Positions 37,403 through 47,605 of a stretch of DNA of 64,000 bases are shown here, in pieces. The notes under the pieces were generated by a model. The model searched no databases, was not told the origin of the DNA, and saw only the letters and a list, made by a program, of their open reading frames with translations. Made by a program: the position numbers and the translations under genes. Source of the DNA: Phyllosticta citribraziliensis (Eukaryota); contig NW_027117338.1 of the NCBI RefSeq assembly GCF_038025025.1, positions 558,001 through 622,000 on the forward strand. The letters run 5' to 3'. Numbering within the stretch: position 1 is the first letter of the stretch; each line of letters opens with the position of its first letter.

Positions 37403-38521
37403 TCACTCTATCCTGCCCACGAAGCTGCTCCCTCTGGAACGCTCCGACGGTTCTTCATCCCACGCGTACCCTGCCTCCTTGGGGCGACGTCCACTGATGC
37501 CCTTTTTCCACGGCGCTGGACCTTGGCTGACCCCCATTTCTCTCCACTTCTTCGGAGGCCTCACGCCCGTGTCGGACAGCTTCTTCCAGACGTTCTCTCC
37601 TCGCTTTTGCCACCGTTTCCTCTTGTCCGTCATTTCCTCGTCGCTCGGCTGGAACTTCGACTTGAGTATCCGACGAACTGCCTCCTTGCTGATTTTGAAC
37701 CGGTCTGCTAGAATCTCAGTGTTGAACGTCGCGGGATCCGACTTGTGCAGCTCGCGAATGCCCAGCACCGCGTCCGGAGACACGCGCTTGGCAGGACGCC
37801 ATGATGCTCCTTCAAACTTCTTCTCCAGTGCCTCTTTTTGCATCCTCCAGTGTGGCACATCTTCCCCTCTCTTTGCTGATTTGTCGCCGCCCTTTCCTCT
37901 CTGCTGTGTGCTCTGTTCTCGGCTCTTGGGCCCCTTCCCCTTCACAGGCTTCGCTTCCTTTGGTTTTTCCCGTGTTCTCTTTGCCGTGTTCGGTTTTTGT
38001 CCCTGGGGCTCCAGTTGCGCCAGCATGGCGTTGGCCTCGTCCTGTTGGATTTTGCCCGTCACTAGTTTAGCTATTATGTCTTCCTTCTGATGATATGCGT
38101 CCTCGTCTTCCTTCGATCGCACATGTGCTTCGCGGTCTTTGGGGCTACCGGGCCGTCTGCCGGTCAATTCGAACAGCTGGCGGTCGATGCTATCGTCTTG
38201 TCCGTTCGATAAGCCTAGGTCTTTCTGTAGTTCGTCCAGGGCAGGTTCTGCGTTGGGCTCAGGGTTGTTCGATAACGAGGCGTCGATTTCGTGATTGGGT
38301 TCAGTGTCGCGCGGTGTAGATGCATGCTTTTCTGCTTCAACATCTGCGTCTCTGGCTATTCTGAGGGTGGACTGGGTGCTGAACAGCGCAGGCGACTTGA
38401 TCCAGCTCTGTGGTGCCTTCAGAGGGGCGAATCGCTGAGGAACGCGCGCGCGAGTAGAGAAAGCGGGAACAGATTGGACCGAGATGGACAGAAGTCGGCG
38501 ACTGCATGTAGCGCAAGCCAT
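37403..38521 (-). CDS. RRG9: Required for respiratory growth protein 9 (neugrin family), mitochondrial
   Basis: Presequence; WRMQKEALEKKF..W.P.KRVSPDAVLGIRELH...LADRFKISKEAVRRILKSKFQP signature. Confidence 0.9.
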   Translation of the reverse strand: MACATCSRRLLSISVQSVPAFSTRARVPQRFAPLKAPQSWIKSPALFSTQSTLRIARDADVEAEKHASTPRDTEPNHEIDASLSNNPEPNAEPALDELQKDLGLSNGQDDSIDRQLFELTGRRPGSPKDREAHVRSKEDEDAYHQKEDIIAKLVTGKIQQDEANAMLAQLEPQGQKPNTAKRTREKPKEAKPVKGKGPKSREQSTQQRGKGGDKSAKRGEDVPHWRMQKEALEKKFEGASWRPAKRVSPDAVLGIRELHKSDPATFNTEILADRFKISKEAVRRILKSKFQPSDEEMTDKRKRWQKRGENVWKKLSDTGVRPPKKWREMGVSQGPAPWKKGISGRRPKEAGYAWDEEPSERSRGSSFVGRIE

Positions 38522-38743
38522 TGTCTATGAAAGGCGCCTGGTGGACGAGCTGCGGAGATGTTGGGCAAGTGGTGAGGGAGGCGGGACTTTTTCAAGTCGC
38601 GGGCGACGCGCAGACTGCGACACGGTCGCCAACGATTCGTGCCACTGCGGCGTCTCGGCTGATTGGCTCCATTCAATCCATGTTACCCACTCGACAGACC
38701 ACCACCTCAACTCTACAATACAACGCGAAAGCCAAATGCAGCG

Positions 38744-40279
38744 CTATTGCCTGTGAACACCAAAGACGCTGGATGCTATTTTGAAACTGACGTAGGTCCC
38801 AAGCGCAATCGCCCCCCCGGCGTAGAGCAACCACCTCAAATTCCTCCACTCAACGCTTCCGCCATACCTCAACTTTGCCCTCTCCGACTTCCCCAGCTCG
38901 GTCAAGATGCCATACTCGGGCACATGTTTGAATTCGAAGCTGGTCGCGCGGCCTTCCAGACCATACTTGCTATTCACAATCATATCCCACATCAGACGCC
39001 GGACGACGGCGACCTTGCTCTTGTCCCACGACGGCACTGCGCGGTTCATGTAGTGCATGACCATGAGGAAGAAACACTGGCCAGCCATGAGCGCCCAGTG
39101 GTACAGCGATGGCTGCGGCAGACCGAGGCGGTCACAGAGCTCGTTGCCGTTGAGCCAGCGGGCCGAGGCAATCAGCATGTCTGCGCTGGCGTACGTCGGC
39201 GGCTGGCTTTCCAGTGCTCTGATAATGTTGTTGGCGAGAATCTTGGACGTCTCCGACGGGTCGACCTCGTAAAGGAGGAGCGTCTCCATGACCGCTTTCG
39301 CCTTTGACGGCGTCGAAAAAGGCTCCGTCGGACATCCGACCAGGTACCCAATGTACCGCCATAGCGCAATGTAGTCGACGATTTCTTGCTCTCGAAGAAA
39401 GATGCCCTGCCGAGGAAAGCTGAGCCAAATCAAGGTCGCTGAAAAAGTGCCGATAGTCGCGATGCTGTCAAGATCGTTGATGGGAACGCCCCATTTCTCT
39501 ATGCTGTAGTAATCGGGTCGAGTTTCGGCAAGCTTCATGATGCGCATTCGGACAGCGGCGTGGAGCAAGCGCACGCGAATGCTGCTCGCGAACCCTTCTC
39601 CGCCGGGCTGTATGCTCTCAAGGCTCTTGGTGCACTGCAAGATGTGCTGCGTGGTCTCGAACAACCGTCTCCGTCCCACTTGGACGCCAAAGCCGCCTGT
39701 TCGCGCGAGAACCTCGACAACTCTTGCGGCGCCCATGCCACCAAGAAGAGACTGGAAACACAGGCCCGTAAGAGCAGCGCCCCCATACCTGTAAAAGACG
39801 TCCTGGCCGCGTGCTATCTGGTCCCAGTCTACCCAGTCCGGTACAGTGTTGACTTCGCGCCACAGCTTGCCCAGCGTCTCATCGTCGCTTGCATGGTCTC
39901 GCAGCAGCGCATACAAGTCTCGATGTTGTGGTTCCTGCTCCTTTGGATTCGCTGGGTTGCGATCGTCGCCCAGCGATCTGTCGACCTCCTCTGGTGCCTC
40001 ATCAGTCTTATCTGTGATTGCGCGACTGGTCCTTCTTCGAGGCAAGCCAGTGGTCTGGGGAGGCGAAATTTCGTTGAGACGCTTGAGTGCTTCTTCACCG
40101 AGAGCATCGTACGAATATGTCAGCGGTATCGCTTGGTCGAGGGTGAGGTGGTCTGGAGTGAGTTCAAAAGTGTACCCCCAGCATCTGCCACCACATTAGA
40201 CGCTACCCGCAGGTACGGTACCAAGTACTTACGATCGGGTATTATCTGTTCGGCGCCGAAACGGATGAGGCCACGCCAT
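38744..40279 (-). CDS. DUF2236 / MpaB-Lcp-like ER-bound oxygenase family protein; one 5' intron (about 40185-40232)
   Basis: Spliced start MAWPHPFRRRTDNTRS|CWGYTFELT; VPDWVDWDQIARGQDVFYRY, RRLFETTQ, RVRLLHAAVR, WGVPINDLD, YIALWRYIGYLVG; C-terminal TM. Confidence 0.88.
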
Positions 40280-41223
40280 AATGCTTGCTGTGAAGAGGCA
40301 GAACTGGACGGCGCGCAGCTGAGAGTGCGCTGTAGGAAATCAAATCATTCCAAGCGCAAAACCTTGGAAATCAAATCACGACACTTGAGAATCGACGTCA
40401 ATGACGCGCATGATCAATTATTACGCTTCGGGCGCCTTCTTTAACCGGGATGATGAGACGCCCGCTGGGCCGCTAGTAAGCTTGATTCGACAACGGCTCG
40501 GATCGAGAAAGCGAGGCTAGGCAATCTCGGTCGCTGGTGCTCGTTGCCACTCAAATCGTGTGCAGAAGGCATCTGGGTGTACCGTTGTCGTCATTGCCCA
40601 GTCGGTGCACCACCACAACTCGCCGAGCTTGGTACGACTGAACGCAACGCCGAAACGTTAAACGAAAAGCTTGTATCAACGAATCAGCTTTCTTCTTCAT
40701 TTCTTTCAGTGATCATTCTTCTGGTGGATCTTGATCAGCTCGAACATTCGCGGAATGCCATCAAACCCATTCACACGTCCATTTCATACCCGACTTCTTC
40801 TTTGATGCATTCCTGGCTTTTCCACAATGCAGAAGATGATCAACGGTGGAGCTGCCTACAGGCAAGAGAGGAGCATTTGCACACTGTCAAGATTCAGGCA
40901 CAACTGCCCACGGAAGCAGATCAAAGGTCCCCTGTCGCAGTCCCGTTACTTATCACGACTCAGATAGTGACGAAGATGTCACAAATTCAATGCCCCCTGA
41001 GCCGCAGCCGATGTGTCTAGAGCTTCGACTGTGGTGTGCGACTGTCTCGAAAAGATGTCGTTTGCTCTGTCTCAGTTCAACATTCACCACTCAATCGCTT
41101 TCTTCTTTCATTGATTGGGCCTTATAAATTGGTAGACAATGAACTACCAAATCATTTTCAGACCAGAACATCCATCACCTCCAACCTTTCCCCTATCGAC
41201 CAGCACATACAACAGCCACAGCC

Positions 41224-41417
41224 ATGAACGACATTCTAGCTTTTGCCATTGTCATCCTCCTTCGGTGATCGGCGCTTTTGTCGAATTCGCATGCGCCCGC
41301 ATCAGAGCAGAGTATTCGCCATGCTATTATACCATCGATACCGAGGATCTTCGTCAGGCGATGCGGGATGCACGCCGTAAAGAGCAATCACAGGCGAATC
41401 AGGCGAAAGAAGACTAA
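41224..41417 (+). pseudogene. Possible frameshifted small single-pass membrane protein gene
   Basis: cagccATG start gives MNDILAFAIVILL then a stop; a 1-nt shift near 41260 continues SVIGAFVEFACAR...RKEQSQANQAKED*. Confidence 0.3.
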
Positions 41418-41807
41418 GAACGCTTATGCCTCAGCGCTTGGAAAGGGAACAGGAGCAGGGTTTCGTAATTTATTTTGCGCGCGATGACTGAATTACTGTT
41501 GATTCCACACAAACTAAGAACGGATTGTCTATCGGCCACTATGAGCGAGTGTGTTCTGCGCTTGTTTGCTTTACTTTCTGCCTTGCGCTTGAGTTGCGGT
41601 GCACCTCTCCTATCTCTTGGATCAGTCTAGAATGATCGTCTCGACGAAAATGCTCGCTCGCAAAGTTGCGTCTTTGCCCTCTTCTTCTCGATCCATCGAA
41701 ATTTTGCAAACACCAGTCAAGCTCCTTTATCAATCTCCGTCAAAAGTGAACCTCTCCCGTTCCCAAGCTCCCCCGTCCCTTCTCCCTCCTCTCCTCCCAC
41801 CCTCAAC

Positions 41808-42134
41808 ATGGCAACTGCAACACCTCCGTGGAGCCAACTCAATCTGCAATTCAAACTGCAACTCGTTTGCTCCATCGAAGGCCTCTTGTATGCCGTCATC
41901 ATCGGCCTCCTCGTTTTCGTGGTGATCATGCTGTGTGTCAACGCACTAGACGACACTGCAGAAAGATGGACAGGAGTTGGCCAGCACCGCCGCGCTTATG
42001 GTCAGCAGCAACAAGAAGAGCAACGCACCCGCGGACGGCGCGTCGGTCGGCAGATTGTCCCGACGCTTTGGCAGTGGATTGCGCTTTGGGTGCGTGTGCA
42101 GAGAGGGGAAATCGGGGTGGTCTTTGAGATGTAA
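41808..42134 (+). CDS. Small orphan membrane protein
   Basis: ctcaacATGg context after a CT-rich leader; strong TM segment LLYAVIIGLLVFVVIMLCV. Confidence 0.45.
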   Translation: MATATPPWSQLNLQFKLQLVCSIEGLLYAVIIGLLVFVVIMLCVNALDDTAERWTGVGQHRRAYGQQQQEEQRTRGRRVGRQIVPTLWQWIALWVRVQRGEIGVVFEM

Positions 42135-42174
42135 TGGGAAAGGTCAGGGGGCGGCTTTTAGAGGGTGTTAGTCA

Positions 42175-42580
42175 GACTTTGGTTCCCGAAACCGACACCG
42201 AAATCAATGACGCACAAAGCGGAAGTGTGACTGCCTGCCTTGTCGCGTAATACTGTACTTGAGCGAAAGTTGAAAGCGAGAGAACCAGATCGGGCGCGTG
42301 GAAAGGGAATGTCTGTTTGGGTCTTGGACTACAGGGAAAGAGATGACTATCTTGGACTACAGGGGAAGAGATCACTACTCAGGCTTGAGTGCGCGGCTTT
42401 GTATAGTGGGCAGGTAGCGTGGTGTTGGTGGAAGAACATTGATGAGGTTTCGGCAATGTAATGCCCGTAAGCTATTAAGCTCCTAGAAGCCTCATAAGAT
42501 AGCTTTTTCTAGACCTACCTTTCCACTTCTAGCTACTTCTCTTTACCTTAAAGAGATGGCCGCATTAAAAGGCGCTTAGA
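42175..42580. repeat. Diverged ~400-bp dispersed repeat, copy 1 (contains a 28-bp tandem duplication at 42322-42377)
   Basis: Collinear matching blocks with 45235-45590: tgactgcctgccttgt, gagcgaa..gaaagc, ggaaaggg, ctcaggcttgag, cccgt...aagc, ccacttc/ccacctc, ccgcat. Confidence 0.75.
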
Positions 42581-42683
42581 ATGGAACTCACGCAGTCTAA
42601 ATCTCATCATTTGAGGTATTCAATCTACCTAACGTCGCTACAACCTTTGTGACCCCTGAGCTCCTGAACGCCGTAGTCATAAA

Positions 42684-43418
42684 TCAGATTTGCGATTGAA
42701 GTTTGAGCGTCCTGCTCATCAAGGAATTCAGGCTCTTTGTTTTTATTAAGCGCGTTCTAAGGAGCTGATTTTCCTTCTCTAACACATTCTTTTGATCTTC
42801 CAACTTCTTCACCTGTCTCTCTTGTTCCGCGATTTCTTGACGTGCCACGCAGAGACTATTCTCGAGTCCCCGGAGTCTCATCTGTTCCATCTGAAGGGCT
42901 ACCCTGAGGTCATTCACTTCCCCAGGATTGCACTCGAGGCGGAACGGGTCGTCAAACCAAGGAGCCGTCAAGGTAGGAACCTCTGTGGCTTGGAACGTGG
43001 CAGGGCCGGTAAGGTTGGTCGGCGGAAACAATAGAAAGTCATCTCTAGGGGTTCCATCGTAGGAGAACGGGGGTTCTTGTTTTGCTTCGTTTCACTTAGC
43101 GATTGCGTTGCGTTCGATGATCAAGCGTTTTCGTCTATACTTGGATGGCACTTACGTGATAGAAAAGACTCCTGGGTGTACCCGCTTCCCATTTCATCCG
43201 AGCCTAGACAAGGGGAAGGCGATGGCGCCATTGATCTATTGGCCACTGCTTCGTTTTGATGTGGGGCACTCTCCAAGTGGGATAGAAGAGAGGCTAGAGA
43301 AGCAGTTAGTCATGGTTTGTTTAGTTTAGCTGGAATCGAGTTAGTACTCACGCGGAGCGATGCCGTGGCTGTTTGCGGTGGATTTTCGAAATTTCCGTCT
43401 CATATTGGATGTAACCAT
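42684..43418 (-). CDS. Orphan coiled-coil protein A, 198 aa; exons 43418-43352, 43293-43156, 43075-42684
   Basis: gaaaATGg start; donors gtgagt and gtaagt; branch sites actaac and gctaag; spliced length 597 nt fully open; heptad-rich C-terminus LRGLENSLCVARQEIAEQERQVKKLEDQKNVLEKENQLLR. Confidence 0.65.
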
Positions 43419-43679
43419 TTTCAAGACGGGCCTGGCTAAGTTATTCTTTCTAGCTATGACTTAAGACACATCTTTATAGAAGGATATAATGGCCAAGAGA
43501 ATAGAGGTATTCTAATAATATTAGTCATTAGATAGGCTATGATAGCATCTATGACTTCCATACCCCTCATAGGAAGCACACGTGAGGAGCTCTGCCTCTG
43601 ACATTGGTTACCAGTACCCATATATAGTGCGAAGGAAGTGTTCTTCATGCTTTCCCTAACCTAGAGCTTCCCGAAGATG

Positions 43680-44130
43680 TGCGCTACCATATTTGAACTC
43701 TACGCGGCTAGTTGACACCAAAAACGCTTCGCCCTTGTGGATTCGAGTCGTAAGAGCCCCGACATCCTTTACATCGACAAGCTGGGCCGCAAGCGCATGA
43801 TGTTATCTGGTCCCATTGGCATGAATGCATGCCAGAGCACTGTCAGCTTCATCAACGCAACATACTTTCAACACTGGCCGAATTTCAAGGGGACTGGCTG
43901 GATTCCGGCAGTTCTCCTTCGCGTCGAGGTGGATTTTGCCGCAGCACTTGCATAGTTTGTTGTGCGCGGCTCAGTCAAGCTAGACGACGGGAACAAATGG
44001 CAAGCGTTTGGCCTGCTAGAGCCCAGGGCCGAGGCGCTATCGGCGTCGAAATTGCGGTACACAGAAAGGAAAAAGTAACTGGAGCCATAGTCATGCTTCT
44101 TTGGCAGGCACTTGCCTAAGGGGAGTAGAC
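43680..44130 (+). pseudogene. Degenerate fragment of an MFS sugar porter
   Basis: ILYIDKLGRKRMMLSGPIGM matches the D(R/K)xGRR/K loop; followed by a GWIP-like segment; stops present, no start, most helices missing. Confidence 0.4.
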
Positions 44131-45234
44131 TTCCTTCAAATGATTCTAGACCATTAAGTGTATGCTGTTTGGGTTGGCTTTCCGGAACACGCGAGAGCAA
44201 GGAAACTTCACGGTGTCTTGGCTTATCATCACTGGCTCGCCTCTTCAACTGTCTGTCTTGACATGAATCAACACACGACTGGACGCGCAGCAAGACGAGC
44301 ATTCGATGGTTATCTGACTTTTTGTTCTTTGCCAGTTGATTGATCAACAGTGACAGAATAATCGAACATACTTCTTGGCCCTCCGGAACGTCATTCGTTC
44401 GATCACACCTGCGATATGATGCCAAACCTCTCGCGCTGCGAATATTTGAAAGAATCTGCAGAGGGCCGCGGAGCATCATGAATCTGGACCTGACCACTGG
44501 ACTAAAGTTTGAGCTTAAAGCCGAGTGCTTTCAACGTTGTGTGTGAGCCGTGAAACGGTGGTGCTGCGCTTGCGAGTGTCGGCGCACATGACTTAGTCGT
44601 CATAGACTTGCAATGGCCAAAAAGAACGAATATACAACAATGATGTGAATAGTCATATGTAAGAAGTCACAATGTCCCCTAAGAGAGGTGCATAAAATGG
44701 AGAAGTGAAGCGGATCAAAGTTTGGGTCCAAGTCCTAATCCATAAGTGCAGGACGAATGTGTGTCTGGTCAATGTACTGTAGACGGACTTGTCTTATCGC
44801 GCCATACCGATGTTTGCAGCTGACTTGTGCCGGGGACACCTCCGGTGACCAGCCTGTGCCCGCTGCTCCGCGAACAGGTTTCAAAGGTGGTGGGTTTTGT
44901 CAGGGATACAGGCCTTTGGAAATTAGCGAAATGGCACGAGTAGCCCCTCTGGATTGGTGCTAGGATGTTGGTAGGATTTAGACATGTGAACAGACAAACG
45001 AGAAGATGTGGAATGGCCGGCGAATTACCTTTTGATAGTTGGGCATCGCTCAAGTACAGCCCAACAACTGCCCGCCTCCCGAGGATGAACAGTCGTCAAG
45101 CAATTCCAGGACAGGGCCAGCAAGCATCCCGGCTTTCCTCCGACGCTTTCGGATATGTGAATTGAGTCAAGGGGGCATAGGACAGGGGGCAGGGGGCAGG
45201 GGGCAAGGGGGCAACTAGTAAGAGGACATTGATT

Positions 45235-45590
45235 GACCGTGGGTTCCTAAAAGGGGAGTAGGGAACCACAACGAGGAGAATGACTGCCTGCCTTGTTGCG
45301 CAAGTTCGCAATTGGAGCGAAGCCGGAAAGCTGGAGAACTGGGTATTCGCGAGGAAAGGGGGCGTTTTCTAGAGCCTGGGCTAACGGCTCAGGCTTGAGC
45401 AGGCAGCTTCAATGCAGAGGAGGAGGTGTGGTGGTGGTGGTAGACCTTCAAAAATGTCTAAGAAAAATTATCCCGTGATATATAAAGCCTTAGGCATCTA
45501 GGAAGCTATGTCCTATTCTCTCCCCACCTCTCCACCTCAGATTTACTGTGTTTGACCAAAAGTGGTTACCGCATGAGACATTGCGCGAAT
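45235..45590. repeat. Diverged ~400-bp dispersed repeat, copy 2
   Basis: Same orientation and collinear blocks as 42175-42580. Confidence 0.75.
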
Positions 45591-45843
45591 TTGCACAGGT
45601 TCATTACTGCTAGGGAATACTCAATTGAAGATTCCTGTCTACCACAATGACACTACAAGCTGTGCATTATCATAGAGGCAGAGAAAGAGTAGAGGTCATG
45701 AGCTGCGGTCGCAATGCAGACCGCAGCAGCTAACTAAAAGAAGGAATGACTATACTATAATAGGAAAGTACTAGTCCCAAATAGTCAAGCGAGGACCAAA
45801 TGAGCAGAGAACCCAAGGAAAACGCGCGAGAACCAGTCTTGCA

Positions 45844-46353
45844 TCAATAATATCCAAGTTCGACAAAAGACCTGGCTTCAAGATTACTGACACGCTCCTC
45901 AAACCTGGCTTCGAGATCTGTGGCACGCTCCAACACCGGCGCGATTCGACCCCATCCCTCAACAACCATCCGCGTCAAAGACGCGTTGTTGGTCCTGAGA
46001 ACCGCGTTCTCTTCCTTTAGCTCGCCGAGCTGATTTTGCAACCGCAAGTATCTCCGCTTCAAGATGTCGAAGCGCATTTGTCCAGGATCGTGTGGCTCCG
46101 GCTCGACGCTTGGCCGCTTGGGCCCCGCGTCGCCGCAGTCACGCCTGTTGCCGACCTTGCAGTCCGGCAGTGTGCAATGGTCAGTTCGACCATCGAGGTT
46201 TGCGTGCGACATCGTCATGGAGCTGACGGAGGGAGGCAGTGCGGTCTGCTCTGCTTTCGGAACTGGAATCTCTTCATTACTATCAGCGACGGCGCCGAGG
46301 GTTCAAGCCAGCTCGCCTGTCTCGGGGCAATACCCACCTGCGCCACTTGACAT
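45844..46353 (-). CDS. Orphan coiled-coil protein B, at least 147 aa; exons 46353-46338 and 46271-45844 (frame open further upstream to 46562)
   Basis: aaaaATG start; gtgggt donor, gctgat branch, aag acceptor; 444 nt open; coiled coil LKRRYLRLQNQLGELKEENAVLRTNNASL. Confidence 0.5.
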
Positions 46354-47605
46354 TTTTTTGTTGTTCTCGGGATGAGCCAGTCGCTGGTTGATGTCCCAAA
46401 TGCGTCGGATCACCGTAGAAGGGTCGGCGAGCGCAGACAAAGCTTGCAGTCCTTGCTCCTGATTGAAGTATAGAAATATTGGGGGAAGAGAGTACGACTG
46501 AGTTTGTTGCGCCTGTGGAAGAAAAAATCCCTCCGATGCATTGAAAGGCAGCGTCTTTATAGCTTACACAAGATAGGACGGGAGCAAAGGCTTAGATAGA
46601 GCTTGGCATACGTGTAAAGAGTTATTCCATCCCGGATCCTACTGGATGCGCGGCTTCTAAGCATTACTAAGGGTATTGAACAGTATTCCCTAGCATAAGT
46701 TCTGGCCGGTGTCGAGGAGTACCAAAGTAAAAGGGGGTGAAAGCTTCCTTCTTCCAGTTGCCAGTCTTGTCAGACTCTGCTTGCATGTGACTGTCCGCGG
46801 ACCCAAAGCACCGGTGTAGATGCAGGTCCTGCGAGCCCTGCCATCCTCCGCATCGAGAGTGATATCTGACCCCTCGACGCGAGCCCTATCGGCGACAACA
46901 TGAGACTAGCCGACGCTTATAGCGGCCAGCTGGATGCATTTCGTGCCCCTGCGAATCGAGACCCATTTCGAAAGCCGTTGCATTAGTGTCGAGCGCCAAA
47001 AAACCCTCATTGCAGCCGAACCTGTTGTGCATGCAGGGGGAAGCTCTTCTTTGGGCCTCTGGCAGCAATAGGCAAGCCAAAAAAAGCTGGAACGCGGGGA
47101 CTAGGTCTGTGCTCGCCATTCGTTATGACTCGAGACTTGTTCTGATATGGCATGCCTCTGTGAGTGGATAGCGCTTTGGCCGACGGAGGATGAGAGCAAG
47201 CCAAATCGCCAGTGCGCAGACATGACGCTCGCGGATTGGTTGCAACCGGACTTCCAATGCGTTTCGGATTAGCCCTTGCGGAACAAGTCTGCAGACCAGA
47301 ATAGCAAAGTTCGCAGCGTCGTTTTCGCAGGTCTGGACCTGGGCAGAAGTGACGAGAAGCTCAGCGGGGTTCCGCTGTGTAAGCGAATGGCGTTGCCAGC
47401 AGGAACTCCAGCTCTGCAGATCGCCTTGCAGCTCGATAACGACTTCGCTGGCGAGCAAGCCGCTGGTGATTTGATGTCATGAACGTAGACATTTGGCGGG
47501 CATGTTGACATTGGCGCTGGAGCAACAGAAAACATGTATAGAAATTGTTTAGCTAGGCATCGCTAAAGTACAGCCCGACACCTGGACAGCTCTCTTCCTC
47601 TCAGA

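Noticed and set aside
39560..40444. 294-aa plus-strand ORF
   Set aside because: Mostly antisense to the DUF2236 gene; no recognisable motifs
43868..44497. 209-aa minus-strand ORF as a fourth orphan gene
   Set aside because: One plausible donor (gtatgt) but no consistent exon chain or coiled coil, and it overlaps the sugar-porter relic; unresolved rather than disproved
45702..45727. 9-bp stem hairpin gctgcggtc...gaccgcagc downstream of gene B
   Set aside because: Short enough to occur by chance, with no counterpart near genes A or C
46886..47535. Several short minus-strand ORFs between genes B and C
   Set aside because: No consistent start or splice model could be assembled
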